Positions 37,538 through 47,448 of a stretch of DNA of 64,000 nt are shown piece after piece (the first letter of the stretch is position 1; each line of letters begins with the position of its first letter). The translations under genes and the position numbers were made by a program. The stretch comes from Patescibacteria group bacterium (GTDB lineage Bacteria > Patescibacteriota > Microgenomatia > Levybacterales > GWA1-39-11). The stretch lies in NCBI GenBank assembly GCA_035549295.1, contig DASZRG010000033.1:2304-66303 (forward strand), in the 5' to 3' direction. The notes below the pieces were generated by a model that was not told the origin of the DNA, ran no database searches, and saw only the letters and a program-made list of their open reading frames with translations.

Positions 37538-38446
37538 ATGGTCGCAGAAACCACAGGATACGAAGCATCAAAAGAAGCCGGTGTACATAGCCTCAGACAA
37601 ATGGGCGCAAATCTCGCAACAGAACTCGGTCCTTTATTTCCAGACATTCCCATGCAAGGACAAGACCACAGATATATGGTGGGTGTCAAAATGAGAACAG
37701 TTGGCGACGCCTCTGAAATGCTTACATTATCTTCCGATGGACAAATAAGGTCTGTAACAACACAAATTTCAGAAGTTGGCGGTGGATGGCATACTACTTC
37801 TGAGCCATACAAATCTGGCAATTATGACGTCATTGAACACACCCCCCGACTACTTAATGCTGTCTATGAGACTGTCAGAAAACGTGCCCATCAAGATAGT
37901 GACTCTGACAGAATTCACGCGGCTATTGGCGTACTTAACAAACGAAAAGCAGTATTGACAGCTGCAAAAAACATATCGCTTGACGCGATGGAAGAAGATT
38001 CGTATGGACCTGGCGCAACTGACTATTTTGTAGAATCACATGACAAAATGACTGACGACCCAGAGATATCAACAGACATAAGCAATATGAAAAAAGTAAT
38101 TGATGCTTATGATTTTAGATCGGATATAGTTGCATCTGCATCACATGACGAGTTAACTGAAGCAGTTTTAGATTTTGTTGAAGAGGTTGGAATAAATGGA
38201 CACGCAATAAATATTTCAGGTGAGGTTGTTTATTTCCCACTATCTGAAGGCGGAAATGGTTCGGAAGCAAGCTCAGGACTTGCGCTTTCGAGTAGCGGTG
38301 AAGTGGTTGAAGTTGGATCACGTTTTCAGAATAGCGTGCCAACCATACGGACCGAGGATAGTCTTGAAAAAGATGAGTTGAAAAACCTAACTGATGGACT
38401 ACTCCATGCGGCAGTTCACAGGGTTTACCCACAGCTTGTCTGGTAA
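37538..38446 (+). CDS. hypothetical protein (302 aa)
   Basis: ORF only. Confidence 0.45.
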   Translation: MVAETTGYEASKEAGVHSLRQMGANLATELGPLFPDIPMQGQDHRYMVGVKMRTVGDASEMLTLSSDGQIRSVTTQISEVGGGWHTTSEPYKSGNYDVIEHTPRLLNAVYETVRKRAHQDSDSDRIHAAIGVLNKRKAVLTAAKNISLDAMEEDSYGPGATDYFVESHDKMTDDPEISTDISNMKKVIDAYDFRSDIVASASHDELTEAVLDFVEEVGINGHAINISGEVVYFPLSEGGNGSEASSGLALSSSGEVVEVGSRFQNSVPTIRTEDSLEKDELKNLTDGLLHAAVHRVYPQLVW

Positions 38447-39328
38447 TCATACTCCGCGGCGGTATTCAGCTTTATGCTCTTTTATTTTCTCCTGATCTTC
38501 CTCAAAGAAATGCTCTTTTATAAATACCATTGTGTCAATTGGGTCCTGAGTATTTACAAATATACCTGTTGATATCTCAAATCCCCCGAGCGTCTTTGAA
38601 CGTGGCAAAATCCTGAGGTACCAATCCCGGTGCGGGTAGATATAAAAATTGTAGGGGAAATCATGACCATGACGAGCCTCGAATATAAAAATTAATCTTC
38701 TTAATATATATGCAAGATTTTCAATTTCTTCATAATTTATTTCACCAAACAACTTTCCCCGATCGGCTGGAACAATCCATACCTCGTCAGGCCACTGGGA
38801 ATACGGGGGACAAATAAGTTCAAAGTCTTTTACTTTTAGAAATTCTCGTTTGTAGTCAAGAAATTCCTCAAGTGATGGTACAACGACAGGTATTTCATGT
38901 GGAACAACAGCAATTTGCGAATGGGAATGATTGATAGACTCACCGGCCTCATGCCCTGAGTTTGAAAAAATTGATACAGTTCCAAATTTCAGATGAGCGT
39001 TGAAACGGTTAACATATGCTTCAATAATCAACTTGACCTGCTCGACAGAAAGCTCTGAAATGGACTGCAGGTGCTGCGGCGTATGTAAAACAACCTCATG
39101 AATTGGCGCAAACGGGAATTTATTCTTGATAACCCTAACCGACCATTTATCATCTCCATCTTCGCCACCAATCCTAAATGTCTCCACTTCTGTGTTTTGA
39201 GATACCGGACAAAACGGACATGCACGCTCTTGTGACTTTTTGTGTATATCAGGCCTTGTTGCGCGCTTCGGTGCAGAAATGATCCAGTTCTGAAGCGAGG
39301 GAATATTGACAAATTTAAAATCAGACAT
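38447..39328 (-). CDS. GalT-like hexose-1-phosphate uridylyltransferase (HIT superfamily)
   Basis: Zinc-knuckle CPFCP near the N-terminus. H-x-H-x-Q triad as HSHSQ. Classical GalT has HPHGQ. Confidence 0.6.
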   Translation of the reverse strand: MSDFKFVNIPSLQNWIISAPKRATRPDIHKKSQERACPFCPVSQNTEVETFRIGGEDGDDKWSVRVIKNKFPFAPIHEVVLHTPQHLQSISELSVEQVKLIIEAYVNRFNAHLKFGTVSIFSNSGHEAGESINHSHSQIAVVPHEIPVVVPSLEEFLDYKREFLKVKDFELICPPYSQWPDEVWIVPADRGKLFGEINYEEIENLAYILRRLIFIFEARHGHDFPYNFYIYPHRDWYLRILPRSKTLGGFEISTGIFVNTQDPIDTMVFIKEHFFEEDQEKIKEHKAEYRRGV

Positions 39329-39448
39329 AAGTTCGGGCAGTCAGAAAACTCAGAAAACTCAGAAAGTCAGAGATTTAGGGATTTTCGAACCTACATATAT
39401 TAAAACGGATGTAAGCAGAAAAATGCAAGAGATTTCATAAATTAACCA

Positions 39449-39477
39449 TTGACAAAGATTGTATCGGGTGATATATT
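39449..39477 (+). promoter_or_regulatory. sigma-70-type promoter TTGACA-N17-TATATT for the arsR-like gene
   Basis: Exact TTGACA, a 17-bp spacer, then TATATT. Confidence 0.5.
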
Positions 39478-39480
39478 GAT

Positions 39481-39508
39481 TTATTGAAATATTTCGATAT
39501 GTCAATAA
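39481..39508. promoter_or_regulatory. 12-4-12 imperfect inverted repeat, candidate ArsR operator
   Basis: ttattgaaatat-ttcg-atatgtcaataa, between the promoter and the ATG at 39538. Confidence 0.45.
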
Positions 39509-39537
39509 AGACTTTATAATATATAATCTATAAGTTT

Positions 39538-39813
39538 ATGACTGACCCAACACTTAAAATTTTTAAAGCGCTTTCTGATGAAACCCGACTTCAAATCGTT
39601 CGTGACTTGATGAACGGCCATTCCGGAGTCTGCCCAGAGATTCAAAAGTCTATTTCAAAATCTCAACCCACTCTATCACATCATATTGGAAAGTTGGTTG
39701 AGGCAGATGTTTTGATAGAGTCGAAAACTGGCGTTAATTGCCACTACAAGGTGAATACTAAATTTCTGAAAGATCAAGGAATTGATATTAAAAAAGTGAT
39801 AAAAATCGACTAA
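39538..39813 (+). CDS. ArsR/SmtB family transcriptional regulator
   Basis: LSDETRLQIVRDL...ISKSQPTLSHHIGKLVEADVL is a winged HTH of the ArsR type. Confidence 0.75.
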   Translation: MTDPTLKIFKALSDETRLQIVRDLMNGHSGVCPEIQKSISKSQPTLSHHIGKLVEADVLIESKTGVNCHYKVNTKFLKDQGIDIKKVIKID

Positions 39814-39847
39814 GACATCTGTCACCCTGGACTACGATCCGGGGTCT

Positions 39848-39907
39848 CGATGAGATCCTGAAACACATGAAAGCGTTGTTTCCAGTGCAAGGCAAGTTCA
39901 GGATGAC
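39848..39907. repeat. interrupted copy of the ctgaaacaagttcag hairpin repeat
   Basis: cgatgagatcctgaaac, then a ~28-nt insert, then caagttcaggatgac. Confidence 0.55.
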
Positions 39908-39919
39908 TATTGCATAAAT

Positions 39920-40552
39920 ATGGATAACAAGTGGACACAAATACCAACTGACGAAGTCATCAACGCAACAATCGCGGCTCTCGATGCAAATAATATCGAA
40001 GCATTCGTTGTTGAAAACGGAGAAGATGCTAAAAAAAAGTTCTTTGAACTAGTCCCCGAGGGATCTGAGATATTCACAAATACCTCGACTACCCTCGATA
40101 CTCTTGGGATAACTGAAGTTTTGAACAACTCAGGTAAATACACATCGATAAAAAACAAAGTTATGGAGCTTGCCAAAAGTGAGCCTGAAAATGCAATTCA
40201 CCGCAAACAAATCGGAAGTGCCATGCCGTACGCTACCGGATCAGTCCACGCAATTACAGCTGATGGACATCTACTGATAGCATCTGGGTCCGGCAGTCAG
40301 CTCCCGGGATATGCTTATGGAGCTGATCACATAGTATGGATTGCTGGAGCACACAAGTTAGTAAAAGATGTGAATGAGGGAATCAAGAGAATTTATGAGC
40401 ACTCTCTCCCGCTTGAGTCCGCACGAATGAACAAAGTATATAACACTACAACCGGAAGCAACCCAAGAAGAATACTCATATTTAATAACGAAAACGATAT
40501 GAACAAGGCAAGAACAAAACTAATAATAGTCAAGGAAGTCCTTGGATTCTAG
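39920..40552 (+). CDS. LUD-domain (LutC/YkgG-like) protein
   Basis: Size and blocks (IFTNTSTTL, GSAMPYATGSVHAITADG, LLIASGSGSQL, IVWIAGAHKL) resemble the LUD domain. Confidence 0.45.
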   Translation: MDNKWTQIPTDEVINATIAALDANNIEAFVVENGEDAKKKFFELVPEGSEIFTNTSTTLDTLGITEVLNNSGKYTSIKNKVMELAKSEPENAIHRKQIGSAMPYATGSVHAITADGHLLIASGSGSQLPGYAYGADHIVWIAGAHKLVKDVNEGIKRIYEHSLPLESARMNKVYNTTTGSNPRRILIFNNENDMNKARTKLIIVKEVLGF

Positions 40553-40601
40553 AGAAGAGATTATCACGGATTTAAAACAGATTTTCACAGATAGCCGCTG
40601 A

Positions 40602-41114
40602 CTAGTTATTTGAATTTAAGTTCCTCATAAAAATATCGTATTCAAATACAGTTTCTGGATTTTCCCATGGAAGGATAGGTAGTAAATACGGACCTGACTT
40701 ATCACTTGAAAGTTGGACAATAATACCTAACTGACTGTTGAGTTTCGCATCATGCGAATCACTCATATCGAGATGCTTCATGTAATTACTCCACAAATCT
40801 TTTTTAACATTGGTGTAGTCTCCAATCCCCATCTCTTCTAGATTTCGACCTATCTCTATTTGGCGGTTCCGTAATATTTTTAGCTGAAGTGGGTTTTGAA
40901 GGGGAACATGCTCCTCTAGTGTAAGAAGCTCAACAAACGCAAGATAAGAGTAAAAATCTCCGAGGAGCATATTTGCATAGTCTTCAGAAATATTTACAAG
41001 ATTTCTTGTTTTTTCACATTCACGATCAAAAGCAAAAAGAGCAATATCGGCTCTTGGCGATTCGGGTATCTTGCGCTCATCATCACGCTGACCACCTACA
41101 ATTATTATTTCCAC
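40602..41114 (-). CDS. hypothetical protein (170 aa)
   Basis: ORF coupled to era (ATG overlaps the era stop). Confidence 0.4.
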   Translation of the reverse strand: MEIIIVGGQRDDERKIPESPRADIALFAFDRECEKTRNLVNISEDYANMLLGDFYSYLAFVELLTLEEHVPLQNPLQLKILRNRQIEIGRNLEEMGIGDYTNVKKDLWSNYMKHLDMSDSHDAKLNSQLGIIVQLSSDKSGPYLLPILPWENPETVFEYDIFMRNLNSNN

Positions 41115-41947
41115 TACTCTTCGACCTCCACTGTGAGTTCGAGGAAGATTTTCTGGCCGGTCGCGACTTCTAGTTCTTTGCGGCTCATGCTGCCTATAAC
41201 CTTTATTTTTGATCCACCTGAGCCTATTATCATTTTTTTATACTTTGTCTCGGTTGTTATGATGCGTGCCTTGATATAAAAAATGCCGTTGTCGCGGGGT
41301 GCAACCTCATCAACTACAACACGTATTTTATAAGGCAACTCATCGCGAAGGATTAAAAATGCTTTTTCGCGGATGTTCTCCTCGATATAAAGCTTGGAAT
41401 CAAGATTCATAGCTGGTGTCGGCATGTCCTCGCGAATCACCATCTTCTCACCCTCAGGAAGATACTCAACAATTTTCTGGACAAGAGGGCCCAAATTTTT
41501 TACTTTGAGTGCTGACACTTCAACCACTGCGTCAAACTCATCTTCTAGAAATTTGTACTCCTCACTATAATCCGGCCCTTTTTGGTCAATTTTATTGATT
41601 ACTAGTATTTTAGGCTTGTTAACTTTGCGAAGAATTCCAAGCACTCTATTCTCCTCAATTCCACGGCGCCTCGTGTGGTCGACTACATAGAGAACTACAT
41701 CGATGTCGTTTTTGAGAGTCTGCTCTGCCTGCAAATTGATGTCATGGTTATATGACTTGGCAAAAATACCAGGAGTGTCTACGAACATAATCTGAGCATA
41801 CTCGTCCTCATATACTGCGTATGTTGAAAATTGAGTTGTCTGAGGTTTGGGAGAAGTTATTGCTACTTTTTGCCCCACCAAATTATTGACAAGTGTTGAC
41901 TTGCCAGAATTCGGCCGACCAATTAAAGCTACTGTTCCTACCTTCAT
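41114..41947 (-). CDS. era: GTPase Era
   Basis: G1 GRPNSGKST. G3 DTPG. G4 NKID. C-terminal KH domain. Confidence 0.85.
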   Translation of the reverse strand: MKVGTVALIGRPNSGKSTLVNNLVGQKVAITSPKPQTTQFSTYAVYEDEYAQIMFVDTPGIFAKSYNHDINLQAEQTLKNDIDVVLYVVDHTRRRGIEENRVLGILRKVNKPKILVINKIDQKGPDYSEEYKFLEDEFDAVVEVSALKVKNLGPLVQKIVEYLPEGEKMVIREDMPTPAMNLDSKLYIEENIREKAFLILRDELPYKIRVVVDEVAPRDNGIFYIKARIITTETKYKKMIIGSGGSKIKVIGSMSRKELEVATGQKIFLELTVEVEE

Positions 41948-42126
41948 TGTTGAAAACTTAAAATGGTACCCTTAGGAGTCCCGATCTTATCGGGACGACG
42001 TAAGGTGACTTTCATAGACATGAATTTTACCATAAATCGTGCCTAACATAAAGAATTTTAAGCTTGAAAATTCAAAATACATTGATTGCGCCTTACCAAA
42101 CGAGTCTCATGTGATAAAATCCCCCT

Positions 42127-43692
42127 ATGAAGATTTTATTCGTGGGTGCTGAGGTTGCACCATTTGTGTCAGTCGGTGGTCTTTCTCAAGTCAGCTATTT
42201 CCTACCCCGCGCACTTCAAAAAAGAGGAAATGATGTAAGGATATTTACTGCTCGACATGGCGCAATGGATGAAGTCAAGGAAAAATTCCAGCTGAAGATG
42301 AAAATAAAATCTCTAAAAGTTCCTGTTGCATCTGAAAATGATAAGAAAAAAAGGACTACAAAACAAAAATATATTGCGTGTCGAGTTTCAACATACAGCA
42401 AAACTGGCGAGCCTACTACATATTTTCTTGAAAACCGCGAATATTACGAACTCCGCGCCAATGTATTCGGATACAAAGATGATCATGTCCGATTTGCCCT
42501 ACTTTCAAAAGGAATACTTGAGGCTCTGCTTCAGATGAAAAAGAAAAAAGACACCGATTGGTGGCCTGACCTGATACATGCCAATGACTGGCATACTGGA
42601 TACTTTATCGACATGGCGCGCGAGGATCCCAGGTACAAAAAACTTCTTGAAAACATACCGATTGTTTTTACAGTTCACAACTTTTTCTATCAAGGAAATA
42701 TCAATTTCCGATATATACATGAGCGAGAGCGCGACACTGGATCAACACCTCTTATGAGTCTTGATTCTCCTCGGCTTCTGAGACAAAATCCTCTGCTTCG
42801 CGGACTAATTTACGCTGATGAGGTGAATACTGTGAGTCCGACACATGCGATAGAGGTCTTAACGCCAGAGTATGCCGAAGGGCTTGATAAAACGCTTAAC
42901 AAAATTCGAGGAAAACTTACGGGAATTCTCAATGGTCTTGATACAAAAGAATTTAATCCCGAGACTGATCCGTTGATTATAAAAAATTATTCCATTTCAT
43001 CTTTTGCGGCGGCGAGGCGGGTCAATAAAGCAAATTTACAAAAAGAGTTTGGACTTGAGGAAAAGCCTGATGCACCAATCATTGCGGTTTTGGGTCGAAT
43101 CTCGGCTCAAAAGGGCTGGGAGCTCATACTTGATGTACTACCCCATCTACTTGTTGAACGACCCAATGTACAAATAATCGTACTAGGACAAGGAGATGAA
43201 AAATACCAAAATGATTTAATCAATATTCAAAGAAGATTTCCAAATCAAGTTGGTCTTCATATGCAGCGCGACTTTAGACTACCGAGAAAAATATATTCCG
43301 GAGCTGACATGATACTTATTCCTAGCCTTTTTGAACCAGGAGGAATCGTCGCGCTTGAAGCGTTGCGCTATGGAACGGTGCCAATAGTCAGACGAACCGG
43401 TGGACTCAACGATGTAGTAGCCGACTTCAATCCAAATACTGGTGTTGGGAACGGATTTTCATTCACACAAAAAAGTCCATGGTCTCTCTATGGATCGATC
43501 GTCTCAGCGCTATCTCTATATGAGAATTCAAAACTCTGGAATACTCTTGTGCGAAATTGTCTCAAGTCCGACTTCTCATGGGATCAAACGGCCGGTGAAT
43601 ATGACAGATGGTATCAGAAAGCTCTAGAGGAACGCCGCCGCGCGACAGACATCAATCCATCCCCCGCGTATAAGATAACGGTCGAGAAGTAG
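42127..43692 (+). CDS. glgA: glycogen/starch synthase (GT5)
   Basis: N-terminal KILFVGAEVAPFVSVGGLSQV and the GT-B C-terminal E-x7-E region. Confidence 0.85.
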   Translation: MKILFVGAEVAPFVSVGGLSQVSYFLPRALQKRGNDVRIFTARHGAMDEVKEKFQLKMKIKSLKVPVASENDKKKRTTKQKYIACRVSTYSKTGEPTTYFLENREYYELRANVFGYKDDHVRFALLSKGILEALLQMKKKKDTDWWPDLIHANDWHTGYFIDMAREDPRYKKLLENIPIVFTVHNFFYQGNINFRYIHERERDTGSTPLMSLDSPRLLRQNPLLRGLIYADEVNTVSPTHAIEVLTPEYAEGLDKTLNKIRGKLTGILNGLDTKEFNPETDPLIIKNYSISSFAAARRVNKANLQKEFGLEEKPDAPIIAVLGRISAQKGWELILDVLPHLLVERPNVQIIVLGQGDEKYQNDLINIQRRFPNQVGLHMQRDFRLPRKIYSGADMILIPSLFEPGGIVALEALRYGTVPIVRRTGGLNDVVADFNPNTGVGNGFSFTQKSPWSLYGSIVSALSLYENSKLWNTLVRNCLKSDFSWDQTAGEYDRWYQKALEERRRATDINPSPAYKITVEK

Positions 43693-43780
43693 GAGTTGGC
43701 ATTTGGCAATTAGCTGTTAGTTTAAAACTCTACTCTAAAATTATTACTAAGTGCTAACCCCTAAACGCTAACTCCCAACT
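43692..43780. repeat. ~88-bp palindromic element B
   Basis: ggagttggcatttggcaattagctgttag...ctaacccctaaacgctaactcccaactcg. Termini gagttgg/ccaactc are inverted. Second copy at 61995..62064. Confidence 0.65.
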
Positions 43781-43803
43781 CGTAAATCTGCTAAGATATT
43801 AGC

Positions 43804-45507
43804 ATGCAGGATAATCTCAATTTCTTTGACGAATTTAACAAATCACCCGAAAAAGAAACCTTGAAGAATAACCCAATTGCGTATTTTTGTGCAGAATTCG
43901 CTCTAACTAGCAGCATGCCAATCTATGCAGGAGGGCTTGGGGTTTTGGCTGGTGACCTGCTTCGCGAAGCTAGCGATCGCAGCTTTCCAATAGTCGGCGT
44001 TGGCCTTTATTATAACGACGGGTATGAAACTCTTCACAATGTGAATGAGGAAGGATTTATCGCGGCCCCTCATATACATAAGTCTCCAGAGTCATTTGGT
44101 CTTGAACCAGTCATGGGAGACAATGAAAAACCTATAAAAATCACCATCCCGATTGAAGGGCGGCAAGTGGCGGTGCGCGCATGGCGATGGCAAACAGGAA
44201 CAATTCCAGTATTTCTACTCGATACTGATTGCGAAGAAAATGCTTCAGATGACCGACGGATAACAGATCATTTGTATGTAATCGATCGTCAGATGAGACT
44301 CAAGCAAGAAATAGTTCTCGGAATAGGAGGCGCTCGCATGCTGAGAGAATTTAAAGTTGATCCGGCTGCATACCACATGAACGATGGACATCCAAGCCTA
44401 CTCTCCTATGAACTAATAGGACGGCTAATAAAAGAAAAGCATTTGAGTTTTGATGATGCGGTCCGAGAAGCTTCTGGAAAGATTGTATTTACAAACCATA
44501 CTCTCGTTACAGGTGGACAAGAGATATTCAACGATGATCTCATCTCGCTTCTTTTATCTGACTTCATGGAAGAGATGGGTATCCCAGCCAACAATTTTTT
44601 GTCTCTTGGAAGGATTCAAGACGCCTCATCATTCTCTCTGACGCAATTATCATTCAATGTCGCAGGTGCGACAAATGCCGTTAGCAAAATTCACTCAAAA
44701 TACGCAAAAGGCCTCTGGCCCAATCACCCACTTCAACCCATCACAAACGGCATACACGTACCGTCGTGGAATGGGATCAAAGATGAGGCCTTCTGGGAGT
44801 CACATATTGAGAATAAGCGGGCACTTCTTGCCAAAATTCACATGATGAAAAATCTGGATTGGCAAGATACAGACTTTATAATCGCCTGGGCGAGAAGGCT
44901 CGTGGAATACAAGAGGCCCACTGCAATGCTTGACGATATAGCAAAATTAAAAGAAATGTTAAACAATTCAGATAAGCCTGTCAGATTTGTTTTCTCAGGC
45001 CGTCTGCATCCAAGTGACACAACAGGTGAAGAAATACTAAAAAAAGTCGTAGAAATGATTGAAAAAGAAGTTCCTGGATCTGCCGTATTTCTGCCGGACT
45101 ATGACCTAGACCTTGCAAGACTTTTGACTTCTGGATGTGATATATGGGTCAATACGCCTATTGTCGGATTTGAAGCTTGCGGAACGAGCGGTATGAAAGC
45201 AGCACTGAATGGCGTACTACCTGTCTCAACTCTTGACGGGTGGATAGCCGAAATAGATCTTTTGGGTCGCGGCTTTCCACTTGATAACGATAATATCACG
45301 GCATCATTAATGGGGATTTTGAAAAATGAAATTATTCCACTTTTTTTTGAGAGGGATGAAAAAGGAGTTCCTCAAAAGTGGTTAGCAAATATGAAAAATT
45401 GTCGTGAGATGATAAAAAATGATTTCTCAGCAACAAGAATGTTACGAGAGTATATTGAAAGATTATATACGCCTTTTATTTCACGAACTGAGTCTCACCC
45501 TCTGTAA
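43804..45507 (+). CDS. alpha-glucan phosphorylase (GT35, short archaeal/bacterial type)
   Basis: FCAEFALTSSMPIYAGGLGVLAGD and the PLP lysine region ACGTSGMKAALNG. Confidence 0.85.
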   Translation: MQDNLNFFDEFNKSPEKETLKNNPIAYFCAEFALTSSMPIYAGGLGVLAGDLLREASDRSFPIVGVGLYYNDGYETLHNVNEEGFIAAPHIHKSPESFGLEPVMGDNEKPIKITIPIEGRQVAVRAWRWQTGTIPVFLLDTDCEENASDDRRITDHLYVIDRQMRLKQEIVLGIGGARMLREFKVDPAAYHMNDGHPSLLSYELIGRLIKEKHLSFDDAVREASGKIVFTNHTLVTGGQEIFNDDLISLLLSDFMEEMGIPANNFLSLGRIQDASSFSLTQLSFNVAGATNAVSKIHSKYAKGLWPNHPLQPITNGIHVPSWNGIKDEAFWESHIENKRALLAKIHMMKNLDWQDTDFIIAWARRLVEYKRPTAMLDDIAKLKEMLNNSDKPVRFVFSGRLHPSDTTGEEILKKVVEMIEKEVPGSAVFLPDYDLDLARLLTSGCDIWVNTPIVGFEACGTSGMKAALNGVLPVSTLDGWIAEIDLLGRGFPLDNDNITASLMGILKNEIIPLFFERDEKGVPQKWLANMKNCREMIKNDFSATRMLREYIERLYTPFISRTESHPL

Positions 45508-46030
45508 GCCACTTCTCTTGTGGATGTAGAAGAACTGATGCTAGATCAACGCCCTCTTTGTTAAATATGTGACCATAAAGTGCAACAAGCCGCCCAGCAT
45601 CTACTCGTGTTGTCATGCGAATAATATCTTTTTCTCGTAAGCCCTCCGCAACCAGCGCAGTATAAAACTCCTCATCAGGCACATAAACATCCAGACTTTC
45701 GCTGGGTCGATCTAAAAAAATAGATTGCTTCAAAAAGTCGTCAGGTAATGGAAAATTTTCAGCACGCCTATAATCGTAGGGGTAGTATGCCAGTATATTT
45801 AATTCTACTTCAGTTCTTAATGAGTCGCTCTCCTCAAAATACCTAATGGCCTCTTTCTTTTTGGGATATATATCACTGTTGCGCTCCGCCATTAGCACGG
45901 TAGACGCAATCATATGCAGAGGGTGAAATTTATCAAGATCAGTATAGTCAGGGCTCTTAGCGTTAAAATGAAATCGCCCTATTTGCCCAGATGGTTGATA
46001 ATATCCAAATCTTGCTGACTCACGCGCCAT
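45476..46030 (-). CDS. hypothetical protein (184 aa)
   Basis: ORF only. Its 3' end overlaps the phosphorylase convergently. Confidence 0.4.
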   Translation of the reverse strand: MARESARFGYYQPSGQIGRFHFNAKSPDYTDLDKFHPLHMIASTVLMAERNSDIYPKKKEAIRYFEESDSLRTEVELNILAYYPYDYRRAENFPLPDDFLKQSIFLDRPSESLDVYVPDEEFYTALVAEGLREKDIIRMTTRVDAGRLVALYGHIFNKEGVDLASVLLHPQEKWLTEGETQFVK

Positions 46031-46355
46031 AATACCAACTAGTTTCCAATAAGATGGGTTCGTCGCACGATGAGGATGCTTCGACGTTTCTTCTAGAAGT
46101 AATTCAACATAATTATTTTCTTGAAAATAAAAAAATCGCTTTTTGATGTAAGATAAGCCTCAGCGCTTTGCGCATCATGTATCGCATCGATTTTCGCTCT
46201 CTGCTGAGCAGGCTGCAGTATCTCAACCCCCATAGCCGCCAATTATACCAAAATCAACCTAACAACGATAACTATAAGTCTCCATTACTAGCCAGAACAG
46301 CTAAGTTGCCCCAATTCCGCATTAAATGTAGGGGAAAGATTTATTGCGGAAGACT

Positions 46356-46371
46356 GTATGATCGATCATAC
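46356..46371. promoter_or_regulatory. perfect 16-bp palindrome gtatgatcgatcatac (copy 1)
   Basis: Lies 9 nt upstream of the YerC-like start. Confidence 0.6.
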
Positions 46372-46379
46372 TATCTCTA

Positions 46380-46793
46380 ATGGCAAGGGTCTCAAAGTAC
46401 AGAGTTGAATACAAAACATATATCCAGATTTTGGATACTTTGGATTTGGTTCTGGGAAAAATGAAAAAAGACGAAGTCCGCTCTTTTCTGTTTTCGCTCC
46501 TTGGGAGAAATGAACGAATAATGATTGCAAAAAGATTTATGGCAATCTTACTTCTGCAGAGAGGCGTAAGCGTATCAGAAATTGCGAAAAGACTTAAACT
46601 CACTAGGCAAACGATTTACAGATTGGATGAAATAAAAGAATTAAAGAGTCATGGATTTCTTCTCGCTCTAAAGAAAGTGAATCAAGATGAACTTAACCGT
46701 GGAATAAAAAAGATTCTATTGGATGTTGCTAAAGAAATGGGATCAAGTCGGAAAGGTATTGGATGGCAAAACGTCCTAAAGGAACATGTATGA
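46380..46793 (+). CDS. TrpR-like YerC/YecD family DNA-binding protein
   Basis: LLGRNERIMIAKRFMAILLLQRGVSVSEIAKRLKLTRQTIYRL matches the YerC/YecD TrpR-like HTH. Confidence 0.55.
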   Translation: MARVSKYRVEYKTYIQILDTLDLVLGKMKKDEVRSFLFSLLGRNERIMIAKRFMAILLLQRGVSVSEIAKRLKLTRQTIYRLDEIKELKSHGFLLALKKVNQDELNRGIKKILLDVAKEMGSSRKGIGWQNVLKEHV

Positions 46794-46808
46794 TCGATCA
46801 TACATGTT
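46783..46808. promoter_or_regulatory. 26-bp perfect palindrome aacatgtatgatcgatcatacatgtt (copy 2)
   Basis: Contains the 16-mer. Overlaps the YerC-like stop codon. Confidence 0.6.
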
Positions 46809-46874
46809 CTTGGAAGTGATTATAAAGGAGCTTAAACAAGCTACCAATAATAAGTAACTGCATGATTCTTATCG

Positions 46875-47426
46875 CTACCAACCTTGTTCTTTATATTTCC
46901 TAACTATTTGGGGGAATTTTTTGGAAAAAACCTTAATTTTGTCTGTCATAACGAATAGGTCTTTTATCTGATATAAGTCAGGATTTTTCATATATTTCTT
47001 GATCCACGAGATCGCGTCTTCTATATCTTCAGCTATATAGTCTGTTGAAATAAATAAAAATGGATTTATAAAATCTTTCACAATTACTCCCTGAAATACT
47101 ATATTCGGCTTTCTGTGATGTGAATTTTTGGGAATGATGGCAATAACAGGTTTTTTAAATTGTTTTGCCATGAGTATTTCTTGCGCAGTCCCAGCACCAA
47201 TTTTTTCTGCCGCGTGAACAATTGCTATATCTGTGTGTTTTATAAGGTATAAATCATGTCCAACCACCGTTTCAGGTCCTTCTTTATCATTTATCAAGTC
47301 GCCATGAAGAAAATTTGCATTAGGAATTGCTTTACTGATCTTTCCGACATAATCAGTCTTCCAATCAATCCAATTTTTCCTAACCTCATCTCCCTTGGGA
47401 ATACTTCCAAGAAGAATTATTTTCAT
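46875..47426 (-). CDS. hypothetical protein (183 aa), possibly with a nucleoside 2-deoxyribosyltransferase-like fold
   Basis: ORF only. The N-terminal MKIILLGS... is Rossmann-like. The family call is weak. Confidence 0.4.
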   Translation of the reverse strand: MKIILLGSIPKGDEVRKNWIDWKTDYVGKISKAIPNANFLHGDLINDKEGPETVVGHDLYLIKHTDIAIVHAAEKIGAGTAQEILMAKQFKKPVIAIIPKNSHHRKPNIVFQGVIVKDFINPFLFISTDYIAEDIEDAISWIKKYMKNPDLYQIKDLFVMTDKIKVFSKKFPQIVRKYKEQGW

Positions 47427-47448
47427 ATTTTTGAATTATAGCAAAGAG

